Source of the DNA: an uncultured Candidatus Saccharibacteria bacterium
GTDB taxonomy: Bacteria; Patescibacteriota; Doudnabacteria; UBA920
Length of the DNA stretch: 64,000 nucleotides
Direction: 5' to 3'
Assembly (NCBI GenBank): GCA_964434195.1
Contig: CAYSUI010000003.1
Coordinates: 26,181-90,180, forward strand
The translations under genes were made by a program, and so were the position numbers. The notes beneath the pieces were generated by a model. It had not been told where the DNA came from. It worked only from the letters and a program-made list of their open reading frames with translations, and ran no database searches. Numbering within the stretch: position 1 is the first letter of the stretch; every line of letters begins with the position of its first letter. This document shows, in pieces, positions 30,572-40,950 of this stretch.

Positions 30572-31249
30572 ATGAGATTGTTTTTGAAGGAAAATATTTT
30601 GGCTGATTTGGAAGAGGCCAGCAGTAAGCTAGCAACTCTCCCTTTTAACGAAGCGACCAAAGCTGATCGAGATAACCTGGAGAGTTGGATACGTAGACTC
30701 GAAAGGGTTTTGGCCTTTGCCGAACTACCTGATGAGGGCAGAGTGTCTGATACACTCCGCGGGGCTGGTTTTTCCGCTGACCCCAAAGTTTATGGACTCG
30801 ACGGAGATATTGATAAGTACCTGAACCATTCTCGGATGTACGAGGTGTCTTTCATTATCCAGCCCATGCCCTACGAGGGGGAGCACGCAATTTTGTGCTT
30901 TTACCGAAGCGATCATGGCACCCTGGTGGTCAGGGTTGGAATGCGCTATCCGGCGCGTCAAGTGTGGGCGGCTGTGAATGACGAAGATGCGCTAGCGGAG
31001 CACAGGATTGAGCCGTTTGTGATTCACCGTAGGGTGGTGGGATTAAATAACTTCGCCATTCGAAGTTTACCGGTATTTATGCCCAGAGACGGCGAGGGAA
31101 GTAAACTACCACCTGGTGAAATCGCTCAGCGAGTGAGCGCATTCCTCTATCGAAAAAACGTGAAGATTGAGGACGGATTCGTCCGCACCGAAGATCCTTC
31201 GTTCTTGCAGGTGTGTGGAATGATCCTCGATGACTGGTGGAAACAATAG
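30572..31249 (+). CDS. Hypothetical protein, 225 aa
   Basis: GGAGG RBS. About 50% GC. No motif. Confidence 0.5.
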   Translation: MRLFLKENILADLEEASSKLATLPFNEATKADRDNLESWIRRLERVLAFAELPDEGRVSDTLRGAGFSADPKVYGLDGDIDKYLNHSRMYEVSFIIQPMPYEGEHAILCFYRSDHGTLVVRVGMRYPARQVWAAVNDEDALAEHRIEPFVIHRRVVGLNNFAIRSLPVFMPRDGEGSKLPPGEIAQRVSAFLYRKNVKIEDGFVRTEDPSFLQVCGMILDDWWKQ

Positions 31250-31262
31250 TACACACTTTTAA

Positions 31263-31289
31263 CCCAAATTTTATTTGGGGATTTTTTTT
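31263..31289 (+). terminator. Intrinsic terminator
   Basis: CCCAAAT-ttt-ATTTGGG followed by A T8. Confidence 0.8.
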
Positions 31290-31328
31290 AAATAGGAATA
31301 AATCTACTAAAATGAATATTTATTGTTA

Positions 31329-31357
31329 TTGACTAGCGTACTAAAAATAAGTATAAT
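31329..31357 (+). promoter_or_regulatory. Sigma-70-type promoter
   Basis: TTGACT, then a 17-nt spacer, then TATAAT. It is followed by an AGGAGGA RBS and the ATG at 31417. Confidence 0.65.
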
Positions 31358-31416
31358 GACTAGTTTTAATCTGATTTTTCTGCCATTTGGCAAACATATT
31401 AGGAGGACGAGAAGAT

Positions 31417-31839
31417 ATGCGAAGAATATTTTGCACTGCGGTAGTGTTTGCGCTTTTCTGTTCCGTCCGCTTCCTCCCGGAAGCGAACGCAATCGAGCAC
31501 ACATATAACTGGACAGCTGGCGTAGGTGGAAACTATGCCTTCGTAAAGAAAGGTTTTGAAAAAGAGGTTTCTGCTAGTGGCTGGAAGCCCACAACAACCG
31601 TGACCATTCCAAAGATCCACACCCTAAGGTTTCGCGAGTGTGGTCAAAATGGCAACAGTCTTGGGTTTGCTTGTAAGGCTGTTATAAAGGTTAAAAGTAG
31701 GTGTGATGAGGCTGAGGAGTTTAAGGCCTGGTATAGCTCCAGTAAGGAGTTCGGAGAAGCTCAGTATATGGAGCTTGGCAAAGGCTTGGCTAAAAAATTC
31801 CTGGAGAGGTTTCATAATCAAAAGAGTCAATGCAGATAG
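31417..31839 (+). CDS. Hypothetical secreted protein
   Basis: Signal peptide MRRIFCTAVVFALFCSVRFLPEANA. AGGAGGA RBS. Confidence 0.55.
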   Translation: MRRIFCTAVVFALFCSVRFLPEANAIEHTYNWTAGVGGNYAFVKKGFEKEVSASGWKPTTTVTIPKIHTLRFRECGQNGNSLGFACKAVIKVKSRCDEAEEFKAWYSSSKEFGEAQYMELGKGLAKKFLERFHNQKSQCR

Positions 31840-31915
31840 CGTTGGCTCTGTTTTTTTTATTGGAAATGGTGTAGGATATGGCTGGTTTTGTTTTTTCAAG
31901 AATGCAAGGAGGAAT

Positions 31916-32335
31916 ATGGGATATAAATTGTTCATGAAGCTTGTAGATTACGATGACAAGACTTTTTTAACATCACCCGTTGCTTATGGTGATGCTTCCG
32001 TGACATTTGTTTCCGGAGAGTGGTCGAGTGGGGCTCCTTTCCTAGAACGGTATGGTTACGGAATTACTTACTTTGATACCGTTGAAGAGGCTGTGAAATA
32101 TGCTGAGTTAGTAATACCCAGAACCTCAGCAAATGATTTCGAGGTGTGGAGAGTTGAGTTACAGGAAGCAGTTAAAAACTTACCAAAACCTCTTTCTTTG
32201 ACCGATGCGTCTCTGGGGATGATTCAGGAGAGTAGATCAAACTGGTTCCCGGGAACGAGAATGAGCAAAAGAGTTAAACCTGTTAAAAGGATAAGACTCT
32301 TTAAAGGAAATAACCTAGTGAGGGATTTGATATGA
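31916..32335 (+). CDS. Hypothetical protein, 139 aa
   Basis: AAGGAGGA RBS 5 nt before the ATG at 31916. The longer track ORF from 31703 overlaps the previous gene and lacks an RBS. Confidence 0.5.
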   Translation: MGYKLFMKLVDYDDKTFLTSPVAYGDASVTFVSGEWSSGAPFLERYGYGITYFDTVEEAVKYAELVIPRTSANDFEVWRVELQEAVKNLPKPLSLTDASLGMIQESRSNWFPGTRMSKRVKPVKRIRLFKGNNLVRDLI

Positions 32336-32685
32336 AGGAAATTATCTGCACAATTCTTTTGGCGGTTTGGTGTTTATTGGGTTCATATGCCAATAGCCAA
32401 AGCGCTGAGATGCTTGTAAATATGTCCAAAAAATTTGACCGTACCGAAGTGGTGGTAAGCGATGTTCAAAGCTCAAAGGGCATTATAAAAGTAATAGTTG
32501 GAGATGCGCAGAAAGCAATATTTTTCTCTCCTCAGCATCCGCAAGCTGAAATGTTTAAGGAAATAGAAAAAGATATCTCCCAACAAAAACCCGTAAAAGT
32601 GAGGCTGGATTACTACTACGGTTATGACTCTAGTAGCTATGCGGTTGGGTCGAACTTGAAATTTACAAGGATCACGACTGAATAG
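32332..32685 (+). CDS. Hypothetical small secreted protein
   Basis: Signal peptide MKEIICTILLAVWCLLGSYANSQSA. Overlaps the previous gene by 4 bp. Confidence 0.5.
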   Translation: MKEIICTILLAVWCLLGSYANSQSAEMLVNMSKKFDRTEVVVSDVQSSKGIIKVIVGDAQKAIFFSPQHPQAEMFKEIEKDISQQKPVKVRLDYYYGYDSSSYAVGSNLKFTRITTE

Positions 32686-34156
32686 TTTCAGGCATACCGA
32701 GCAGTTCGCAAACCATTGGTGCGACATTTGAAAGTCCGCCTTTTTTTATTGGATAATTTTTTAAAGTTATGAAAATAGGAATTGGGTTACTTGTGTGAGC
32801 GGTGTGTTTCCCGCCTTCGTGGATTACTTTTTCTGCGTTGCCGTGATCGGCTGTTATTACCAATACTCCCCCACCCTCCCCCACAACGTCATAGAGCCTT
32901 TTGAGTTCTTTGTCTAGAACCTCGATGGCTTTAACTGTAGCTTCGAAATTTCCTGTGTGACCAACCATGTCTGCATTGGCGTAGTTAATAAATAAAAAGT
33001 TAGTACCTTTTTTTATGTATTCAATTGCCTTATCTGTAATTTCTTTAGCTTTCATTTCTGGAGCTTGGTCGTGAGTGGCAATATCTTTTCTGCTTTCTAC
33101 TAAAACCCATTCTTCGCCGGGTGATTTGGTTTCGTTGCCTCCATTTAAAAAATATGTGGCGTGGGCGTATTTTTCGGTTTCGGCGATGTGAACTTGGGTT
33201 AGGCCTGCATGAGAAATTTTTGTAGAAAGTGTATCATTTAATTTTTCTGGAGGAAATGCAATTAGAACCTCTTTAAACTTTTCATCGTATTCTGTAAGAT
33301 TTGCAATTTCTAAGTTGTATTCCTGTTTTCGATTTAGAACGCGACTGACAATTTGCCTCATTCTATCGGGTCGGAAATTAAAAAAGAATATAGCGTCGTT
33401 TTGTTCTATACCGATTGTCTTTCCTTCTGCATCTTTAATAATATGTGGTTCAAAGTGCTCGTCGCTGAGTCCCTGTGCGTAAAGCTCCCTTGATAACTGA
33501 GAGGGTTTCTTAAATTCGCAGACGTTGCCCTTACAGTGGAAAATTGCGTCCTCGACTTTTTGTATTCGTTCCCAGTTGTTATCGCGATCCATGGCATAAT
33601 ATCGGCCTTGTACACTAGCTATTGCCCCTACGCCTTCTTTTTCTAAAAAGTTTTCTAACTCTTCTAAATACTCGTGTCCACTTTGAGGAGGCAAGTCTCG
33701 TCCATCGGTGAAGGCGTGAATAGCAATTTTAGTAATACCTAGTTTCTTAAATGCGATAACTAAAGCGTGTAGGTGTTCCTGATGGGAATGCACTCCCCCA
33801 GGACTAACCATACCCGCAAGATGCAAAATGGAGTTATTATTTAAAACATGCTCAGCTATTTTCTTTACCGCCTTATTTTCTTCGAGTTCATTATTTTCTA
33901 TTGCTTTAGTTATCCTGACTAGATCTTGATACAAAACCTTACCTGCACCAATAGTCATATGACCAACTTCACTGGAACCTATTTGCCCCTCGGGAAGACC
34001 CACGGCTTCCCCACTAGCCTCTAGGGGGCCCCATGAATAATTATTTTTTATGTAATCAAAAAATGGGGTTTTTGCTTGGGCAATAGCATTACCCTGGATT
34101 TCTTCGCTATATCCGAAACCATCTAATATAACTAGAACAACATTTTTATATTTCAT
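32672..34156 (-). CDS. gpmI: 2,3-bisphosphoglycerate-independent phosphoglycerate mutase
   Basis: N-terminal VVLVILDGFGY, metal-binding residues and the overall roughly 500-aa iPGM layout. Confidence 0.9.
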   Translation of the reverse strand: MKYKNVVLVILDGFGYSEEIQGNAIAQAKTPFFDYIKNNYSWGPLEASGEAVGLPEGQIGSSEVGHMTIGAGKVLYQDLVRITKAIENNELEENKAVKKIAEHVLNNNSILHLAGMVSPGGVHSHQEHLHALVIAFKKLGITKIAIHAFTDGRDLPPQSGHEYLEELENFLEKEGVGAIASVQGRYYAMDRDNNWERIQKVEDAIFHCKGNVCEFKKPSQLSRELYAQGLSDEHFEPHIIKDAEGKTIGIEQNDAIFFFNFRPDRMRQIVSRVLNRKQEYNLEIANLTEYDEKFKEVLIAFPPEKLNDTLSTKISHAGLTQVHIAETEKYAHATYFLNGGNETKSPGEEWVLVESRKDIATHDQAPEMKAKEITDKAIEYIKKGTNFLFINYANADMVGHTGNFEATVKAIEVLDKELKRLYDVVGEGGGVLVITADHGNAEKVIHEGGKHTAHTSNPIPIFITLKNYPIKKGGLSNVAPMVCELLGMPETIQS

Positions 34157-34247
34157 GACTCTTGATATTTTTTAGGTTTTAATTTATAGTTTATGCGTCG
34201 CAGTCAAAAGTTCTTTATTACTAAATTTTATAAGCTTAAGCACATAA

Positions 34248-34511
34248 ATGCCAAATACTAAAACAGCCAAGAAGGCCATGCGCCAGTCTGAGAGACGCCG
34301 AGTAACAAACCTTAAGACCAAAAATAAACTAAAAGTCGCGGTTAAGACAGTACGCAAAAATATAGATGCCAAGAATTCTGCAACTATAGCAGAAGATCTT
34401 AAAAAGGCTTTCTCTGCTCTAGACAAAGCTGCAAAGAAAGGTGTCATTCATAAGAATACCGCTGATCGTAAAAAAAGCAGACTAGCAAAGGCTATAGCCA
34501 GGATTAAATAG
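34248..34511 (+). CDS. rpsT: 30S ribosomal protein S20
   Basis: MPNTKTAKKAMRQSERRR... basic helical protein, 87 aa. Confidence 0.85.
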   Translation: MPNTKTAKKAMRQSERRRVTNLKTKNKLKVAVKTVRKNIDAKNSATIAEDLKKAFSALDKAAKKGVIHKNTADRKKSRLAKAIARIK

Positions 34512-34522
34512 TCACATAAAAA

Positions 34523-34555
34523 ACACCGAGCAAATTTGCTCGGTGTTTTCTTTTC
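34523..34555 (+). terminator. Intrinsic terminator
   Basis: 12-bp stem ACACCGAGCAAA/TTTGCTCGGTGT followed by a T-rich tract. Confidence 0.85.
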
Positions 34556-34581
34556 AAAAAAAATAACCCTAATATGAGTTA

Positions 34582-34815
34582 CTATACTTTTTGAGATATT
34601 AGAACTAAATACTCTTCTGGTTTGGTCCACTCTGAAAATACTAAGATTCCTTCTTTTACCTGGTTAATAATAGTCGTAAGGAGTTCTTTTTCTTCTTTAA
34701 TTTGGCAATTAAGTAAATACAACTCTGCATCTTTTACGAATGAAATAGATGCCGCGGTTTTACCTAATTCCCACTCAAAACCAGATGGCGGTACAACTCC
34801 TGTCTTTTTCTTCAT
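34582..34815 (-). CDS. Hypothetical small protein, 77 aa
   Basis: ORF only. No motif. Confidence 0.4.
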   Translation of the reverse strand: MKKKTGVVPPSGFEWELGKTAASISFVKDAELYLLNCQIKEEKELLTTIINQVKEGILVFSEWTKPEEYLVLISQKV

Positions 34816-34899
34816 AATCCTCCTAGATAGCTGAATTTTAAACTAATATATACTATAAAACATTCCGGCCAAATAAAAAATCACCGTTGCTGGTGAATT

Positions 34900-35829
34900 C
34901 TACTTTACGATCGGCGTATTACTAGCAAGCCTTGCCCAGAAACCTTCTTCCCCGGCGAATAGGAGCTCACCCTTTTCGAAACGCTTACCTGACTTTCCTT
35001 TTCCTATTGATACAGCATTGTCTGTGAACACCGAGTTAAGCCTAAGCTTGTAGGCTTTTCTGTCTTTCTGACTTTCTGCACTTTCAATACTGTAACCCAG
35101 AAAAGAATAACCGGTAAGCTCTGACGGGTCATAGAAGTAAACCTGAATATAGAGTGGTTCCAGTTTGTTTACTGGTTCAGGTTTTTCTTGGGGTTCCATC
35201 TTGAAGTTTCGAACAATAGACGGCTCTCCTGGAGAAAGGGTATTTTTTACATCTTCCTCTAGCAGTTCGTATACCGCTTTATCTATCTCGGTAACTTTCC
35301 CTTCTTTATTTACCCAGGAGTAGATAATTTCCGGTTTCAATTTTTCTTTTACCCAGATCCCGCACCAAGCTGGTTTGTAGTAAGGAAAGCTAGGTGTCGA
35401 CTGCGTGGTTAGACCCCAGTCAACTGAGTCTTCCTCGGCGAGCGAAGTATACTGCTGCTTTGTGACTCGAAATTTTCCAACTTCCGGCGCAAGTTTAATT
35501 TCTTTTTCTTGCTCGATTCCCATTTTTTCTTTGATGACGCGAATGGGGTTTATGGTTTTACTCACACCCTCTTTTACATCTTCAATATTTCTTTCGAAAA
35601 AATCCTTAAGGACTGTAGTAATTGGAATCGTATCGGCCGCTAAAACGATTTCGTATTTTTCTTCCTTACGTATCTCGACAACTTGCTCGAGGTCGGGTTT
35701 TGTTACCCCTGCACTCGCTTTTTCGATATAAGTAAGAATTTCTTTTTGATGACCTAGGCACCACAAAGCACCCAAGACTATAGCTATGAACGCCAAGCAT
35801 CTGAGAATAAAGTTCATACTTCCCTCCAC
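34900..35829 (-). CDS. Hypothetical membrane-anchored protein
   Basis: N-terminal TM helix followed by a charged extracytoplasmic region. Confidence 0.5.
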   Translation of the reverse strand: MEGSMNFILRCLAFIAIVLGALWCLGHQKEILTYIEKASAGVTKPDLEQVVEIRKEEKYEIVLAADTIPITTVLKDFFERNIEDVKEGVSKTINPIRVIKEKMGIEQEKEIKLAPEVGKFRVTKQQYTSLAEEDSVDWGLTTQSTPSFPYYKPAWCGIWVKEKLKPEIIYSWVNKEGKVTEIDKAVYELLEEDVKNTLSPGEPSIVRNFKMEPQEKPEPVNKLEPLYIQVYFYDPSELTGYSFLGYSIESAESQKDRKAYKLRLNSVFTDNAVSIGKGKSGKRFEKGELLFAGEEGFWARLASNTPIVK

Positions 35830-35917
35830 ATATATATTTTCTGTTTGAATTAATAGGCAATTGTATATAGAAGTCTGAGTGGTGTCAAAAATAAAAAAAG
35901 CGCAAAATTTTGCGCAA

Positions 35918-36574
35918 TTATTCTTTCTTCACCCTAAGAAGCCTTGCCATAAGAACACCTCGGTCTGCAATCTTTGTTGGTAACTCAATATATTCGATAT
36001 CGCCTGAATTATGTCTTAGACCAAGAAAAACCTTATGACCTACCACATAATTTATGTCACTTGATCTGTATTCGTAATTGAATTGTTTGTCTAATTCGAT
36101 TACTCTCGAGGGCATTTCTACTACCACTGGCTTATTTTGGTAAATCCATAACTGAACCGGTTGAGAATATTCGGGCCAGGTACTTGTAAGCGTAATGGAA
36201 AAAAAATTACCGGACTCGTCTAACTTCACAGTATAATCGAAGCTCTTCTGGTAAATTTGCTTGGGCTCGACTTGGTCTTCTACTCCCTTAAAATTTACTT
36301 GTGGGGGTTTAGTTTCTGGGCTACTTATAAAGCTTGCCTCAGAGACTTGTTTGCTTTCTGAATCAGTCGACGAATTAGCTATTAAATTGAAGAAACTTCC
36401 GACGATTACGAGAATGAAAACAATAACTAAAATCGCCCTATTTCTACCATGTATGTAGGCTTCTTCTTTTTCTGCTTCTGCTTTTTCCTGTGCTTTAGAA
36501 GCAAGATATCTACTATATTGCTCATGTTTTAGGGCTTTTTGCCGCAATTCAGCTGCTGTTTCTTGTCTCCTCAT
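35918..36574 (-). CDS. Hypothetical single-pass membrane protein
   Basis: Charged N-terminus, one TM helix, and a C-terminal domain. Confidence 0.5.
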   Translation of the reverse strand: MRRQETAAELRQKALKHEQYSRYLASKAQEKAEAEKEEAYIHGRNRAILVIVFILVIVGSFFNLIANSSTDSESKQVSEASFISSPETKPPQVNFKGVEDQVEPKQIYQKSFDYTVKLDESGNFFSITLTSTWPEYSQPVQLWIYQNKPVVVEMPSRVIELDKQFNYEYRSSDINYVVGHKVFLGLRHNSGDIEYIELPTKIADRGVLMARLLRVKKE

Positions 36575-36670
36575 TTAGGCCTCCGGGAAAAAATATAAAA
36601 TCTATAAGAACTGACAATACCATAAAATCTAGATAAAAGCAAGGGAAATAAAAAGAGTAGGTTTTTATAC

Positions 36671-38767
36671 CTACTCGCGGGGCCTCAGGGGCACCTTATT
36701 TTCTGCTTCTTGAGGTTTGGCCTCAACCTGAAAAGATACAGACCCACAGTCACCTACCTTATCCTCTGTTCCTTCCAGGAAGAACAGGTCTTCTCCGCAG
36801 ACGTTTCTTTCCACAAGACCCCTATCACTCCCCCAGGAGTTTCCTCCCAAGTGGGGTCGGAGCTTCACGCTTCCGGCTAGTATCCTTAAAGCAATTGGAG
36901 ATGCTGCACCTCCACCTGTAATTTGTTTTGGCATTGGTGAGTTGTCTGTCTTACCGAGCCAAACTACAACCACAAGGTTGGGAGAGAATACAATAAACCA
37001 AGCGTCTTTGTTATCCTGCGTTGTACCTGACTTACCGGCTTTCAAACCTGTATAGAATGCGGCAGACACTGCGCCAGTGCCGCCGGGCTTGAGTGGCCCT
37101 TCTAGGAGATGGCACATAAGCTCGGCTTCATCGGGGTTAATGGTCTGAACTCCGGCATAGGGAAACTCCTTCCTTTCGCCGTTGGTGAGATGCACTGCGG
37201 TTCGAATTAGTTGCGCGTTGGGCAACTTACCTCCGCTCGGGAACATAGAGTAGGCGCGCGCAACTTGGACGACACTAAACAAGTTTGTACCGAGTGCGTT
37301 ACTTAGTACAATAGTCGGCTTGCCGTTTTGCATAGGCCACTTAAATACATCTTTGGTGATGTTGTAAGTACCTTTTGCAACACCGGGCTGATTAAAGAGT
37401 TCTACCGTTACCGGGTTTTTACTCTTTGAGATTGCGGTTTGTATCGAGACAAGCTGACCAGAATAAGTGTCGCCGTAGTTTCCTGGACTGTACACCTGAC
37501 CATTTTCCAACTCGAAGGTTTTTGGTTCGTCCATAAACCTACTCGCTGGGTTCCAGTCGGGAATACCATCGCCGTTGTTGTCTTCTCGAAGTGCAGCAGT
37601 GTAGACGAATGGCTTAAAAGCCGAGCCTAGTTGTCGCTGCATAGTGAAGGGTAGATTGTACGGAACTTTTTGGAAGCCCGTACCTGCAGCTGCCAGAACT
37701 TCGCCAGTTTGCGGTCTCATAACAACAACCGCAACATCTGTTCCCGCTGGGCGATTCTTAATTTCCTGCACAACCAACCTTTGAATATCTGGGTCGATTG
37801 TGGTTTCGAACCTGAATTCTCGAGCGTCGAGTTTTGCTTCTTTTGCTCTGGCCGCGACTGCGCCGGCTACGTATGGAGCGGCGTCGGCGTCGAAACTTCC
37901 AGAGGTTTCTCTGTCAGTTTTTTCGCCCATTGCCTTCACATATTCGCCTTCGCTCACCCAACCGAGTTCTTTAAGTCTTTCTAAGACCCGATTGCGACGT
38001 TTGGTGCCTTCGGTTACAAAATTAGCTTTTTTTTCTGATTCGGTAAGTGCTCGCGGAGCGAACCTTCCGGGACTGCTAATGGCTCCTGCCAAGTGCGCGG
38101 CCTCCGCCCAGCTTAACTGCTTGAGGTCTTTGCGGAAATAAACGAATGCAGCTTGGCGTAAACCTTCGATGCACTGGCCTCCCCAGTTGCCCATGTAGAT
38201 GTTATTCCCATAGGCTTCGAAGATTTGTTGTTTGGAGTAATAGCCTTCCCAAGCCAGGGCGATTTCTGCCTCGGTGATTTTTCGGCCATACGTTTTATCA
38301 GCCTTGCTAAGCCCTCCAACTTTCAGAACAGTTACGAGTTGCTGGGTAAGAGTGCTAGCGCCGGACTGCCTTCCACCGCCAGCATTCCTTAACAGGGCAG
38401 CGATTATTCTAGTCGGAGAGACACCGAAATGCTTTTCAAAATCAGCATCCTCTATTGCCAACACTGCCAAATAGACTAGATTGCTATAATCCGCAAATGC
38501 AGCAGGGTGTACCAAGCAACCTTCCTCGGTAGGAACAGCTTGGTTAATATACCTGTACTCCTCGGGATTATAACCCCCGTTTTCTTTGTTTGGGGCAGCG
38601 AAAATACCAGCCCCAAAACTTCGATCTATGAGTGGAACTTTGGCGACAATTTCTTTGTTCTTCTGGTAATCATTTCCAAAAATTACTCCGAGAACTATTA
38701 GCATTAGCACCACGAGCCCCAGGATGACTAATAGGATTGTTTTCCATTTTTCTTTCAGAAAATCCAT
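36671..38767 (-). CDS. Class A penicillin-binding protein (GT51 transglycosylase plus transpeptidase)
   Basis: GT51 motifs EDADFEKHFGVS and GASTLTQQLV. Transpeptidase SxxK (SAFKP) and KSGT. N-terminal TM anchor. Confidence 0.85.
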   Translation of the reverse strand: MDFLKEKWKTILLVILGLVVLMLIVLGVIFGNDYQKNKEIVAKVPLIDRSFGAGIFAAPNKENGGYNPEEYRYINQAVPTEEGCLVHPAAFADYSNLVYLAVLAIEDADFEKHFGVSPTRIIAALLRNAGGGRQSGASTLTQQLVTVLKVGGLSKADKTYGRKITEAEIALAWEGYYSKQQIFEAYGNNIYMGNWGGQCIEGLRQAAFVYFRKDLKQLSWAEAAHLAGAISSPGRFAPRALTESEKKANFVTEGTKRRNRVLERLKELGWVSEGEYVKAMGEKTDRETSGSFDADAAPYVAGAVAARAKEAKLDAREFRFETTIDPDIQRLVVQEIKNRPAGTDVAVVVMRPQTGEVLAAAGTGFQKVPYNLPFTMQRQLGSAFKPFVYTAALREDNNGDGIPDWNPASRFMDEPKTFELENGQVYSPGNYGDTYSGQLVSIQTAISKSKNPVTVELFNQPGVAKGTYNITKDVFKWPMQNGKPTIVLSNALGTNLFSVVQVARAYSMFPSGGKLPNAQLIRTAVHLTNGERKEFPYAGVQTINPDEAELMCHLLEGPLKPGGTGAVSAAFYTGLKAGKSGTTQDNKDAWFIVFSPNLVVVVWLGKTDNSPMPKQITGGGAASPIALRILAGSVKLRPHLGGNSWGSDRGLVERNVCGEDLFFLEGTEDKVGDCGSVSFQVEAKPQEAENKVPLRPRE

Positions 38768-38878
38768 TATGCTCCTCCCTTATGAACTAAAAAAGATTGC
38801 AAGTAGAATATGCAATTAAATAAAAAAAACAGACTTTTGTCAAGCCTGATAGTGAATCTTTTATGAGACTCCTTCAAA

Positions 38879-39820
38879 TTATCTTGGGTTAAACATGGGA
38901 GCGACTTCATTGGTTATCTTTAAAACCCTCTGAACATGCAAAATGCTATCGTTATCCGTTCCTCTTTGAAATGAAGGACCGTTCACGTAATTTTTGAATG
39001 CTGACCATTTGGGGTCATTTTCAGGTGGGTAGATAAAGTCCCTAATTGTTGTGGCTCGTGGTGCTTTCGACATTGCGTTCACGAGAGCACTGGGCCCTGC
39101 TTTCCAACCTAACAGCGCAAGATCTTGGGCTTGGGCCCAAGTTAGGGTTGGATACCTGCGTTTTACTCCACTGGCTATTTCACTCAAGTAGCACGAGGCA
39201 AAGAAAGCAGCTTGGTAGAAGTTTCTACGATCGAAGTAAGGTTTGTTGTTTGCATTATAGAATGCATAACCTTTCAACTCAGCTAGTCCACCGTATTTCG
39301 ACACCATACCTTCCCAGGTACCACCGAGGAATTGGAAACAGCCTTGTGCGCTAGTCCCCATCCTGTTACCTATCATACAATTACCGGTGGATTCCTGAAC
39401 CATGGTTGCGGTTAGATGCGCTGGGGAAACTTTTAATCTACCAGTAGCTAGACTTGCGTCTTTACTCGCCTGAGCAAGAGCATCTTCGGGTTTATATGGA
39501 CCCAAAAGAAAATCTACTCGTTTTAATGCGACCGCTGCCTTAGTTCCTTTCGGAACAGCTCTGCTTCCGACGAGTGCTTCTTGGTTACTTGGAGCTGGTG
39601 AGGTTTGGGATTGCCGCGTGGACACTTGGCTTGATTCAGAACCACTGGATCGTGATGTTTCTTTATTGCCCCATCCGCCAAATTTTGAATTTGACCTTGT
39701 ACTGGTTGGAGTTGGAGTGGGTTTAGCAGGTGTATTTTTTCTGATAATAACCTGCTGAGAAAACCCACTAACCGGATAAAAAAAGATTATGAAAAATAAA
39801 AAGACTTTTTTGCCGTTCAT
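38879..39820 (-). CDS. Secreted SLT-like (GH23) lytic transglycosylase with a Pro/Thr-rich linker
   Basis: Signal peptide, PAKPTPTPTST linker, and a catalytic-like ES...GA.G..QF block (VQESTGNCMIGNRMGTSAQGCFQFL). Confidence 0.5.
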   Translation of the reverse strand: MNGKKVFLFFIIFFYPVSGFSQQVIIRKNTPAKPTPTPTSTRSNSKFGGWGNKETSRSSGSESSQVSTRQSQTSPAPSNQEALVGSRAVPKGTKAAVALKRVDFLLGPYKPEDALAQASKDASLATGRLKVSPAHLTATMVQESTGNCMIGNRMGTSAQGCFQFLGGTWEGMVSKYGGLAELKGYAFYNANNKPYFDRRNFYQAAFFASCYLSEIASGVKRRYPTLTWAQAQDLALLGWKAGPSALVNAMSKAPRATTIRDFIYPPENDPKWSAFKNYVNGPSFQRGTDNDSILHVQRVLKITNEVAPMFNPR

Positions 39821-39962
39821 CTAACCTCCTTGAACTGCTTTGGTTTTTATAAAATGAAAGTAAAAAGTAACATGTGACTGTTTAGGTGTCAATTGACACT
39901 TAGCTTAATATTGGTTATTAATAAACATTCTTTCTCATACAAAAAAACGGAGGTAAAAAAAT

Positions 39963-40928
39963 ATGAAGAACACTTGGTTGATAATTTTTCTGGCCCTGAC
40001 TCTAACAGTTTTCGCGGTAGCACAAACCCAGAATAATAAGTTTGGTAGTGTGACCAGGACTAAGGAGTCGGAGCAAGGAAAAGCAACACCGACACCAAAA
40101 GCGATTCTGACACCGCAGAAGCCCAAAGTAAAAGCGAATACTGGAAGTGAGTCGAATGCTAGGAATGGGAACAATCCCTCATCGATGACGAATCCAAACC
40201 CAAATGGAGGTGGTGTAAAACTTTTGCCCAGGTCTACCCCTACTCCCACTCCTACTCCTTCAAGAGAGAATGTTGGAGCCGTGCCGACACCCACTCCGAC
40301 ACCAAACCCTACGCCGGCAATTAAAAAAGTAGCAACCCCCACACCAACACCTACACCCGCACCAGTGACGGACTACACACCAGTATGGCAAAAGTTTGCG
40401 ACAGAAGCAGAAGTCAGAAGCCACAATGTTCTAACAATTGGTAACGGTATTATTACCTCTTACCAAAAAAATAACGAACATGTTGCCGAAGATACGCTGA
40501 GGTCGAGTGGATGTCCTGATACGGATCTTAGGTGCACTTATTTGGCCAGTTACCTGATTAAGAAGTCACTGAATTCGACAACCAGGAAATTTGCTGATAA
40601 ACAGGTAAATAAATTCTTGGACCGATTCACTAAACGAGAAGCACCTAAAAGTATGGGACTATCTTGTGTGAACTGTGAAACGGAATTTAGAAACCTTCAG
40701 GTGGCAGCTTCTATTTCCCTGACCCTTGACCCTAACAGTAAAAGAAGTAAAAAAATCATGAACCAATTGGGGTACTTTTATACCATGAGGTTTGTTGATT
40801 CTAACGGTAAGACCACTCGGGAACCGAATTTACTGAGTGCCAGCGAATGCCTGCTTTCAGGGGATGATGAGAAAACTTTTCAGATCGTCAGGCTCGAGAA
40901 AAATTTCAAAATTGCGGAAATAAAATAG
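39963..40928 (+). CDS. Secreted Pro/Thr-linker protein, cassette copy A1
   Basis: Signal peptide and a PTPTPTPTPS linker. Its C-terminal domain of about 180 aa is paralogous to 41858..42697. Confidence 0.6.
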   Translation: MKNTWLIIFLALTLTVFAVAQTQNNKFGSVTRTKESEQGKATPTPKAILTPQKPKVKANTGSESNARNGNNPSSMTNPNPNGGGVKLLPRSTPTPTPTPSRENVGAVPTPTPTPNPTPAIKKVATPTPTPTPAPVTDYTPVWQKFATEAEVRSHNVLTIGNGIITSYQKNNEHVAEDTLRSSGCPDTDLRCTYLASYLIKKSLNSTTRKFADKQVNKFLDRFTKREAPKSMGLSCVNCETEFRNLQVAASISLTLDPNSKRSKKIMNQLGYFYTMRFVDSNGKTTREPNLLSASECLLSGDDEKTFQIVRLEKNFKIAEIK

Positions 40929-40950
40929 CACACTTACGTGTGCGTTTTTT
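40927..40950. terminator. Bidirectional terminator between the convergent A1 and B1 genes
   Basis: GCACAC-ttac-GTGTGC followed by T7. Confidence 0.75.

Noticed and set aside
31703-31915. 5-prime extension of the 31916..32335 gene, overlapping the 31417..31839 gene in another frame
   Set aside because: The extension has no RBS, while the internal ATG at 31916 is preceded by AAGGAGGA. The overlap is more simply explained by ORF-caller over-extension.
34184-34447. 87-aa minus-strand ORF overlapping rpsT
   Set aside because: It lies antisense to the well-supported S20 gene and has no RBS. S20 explains the region.
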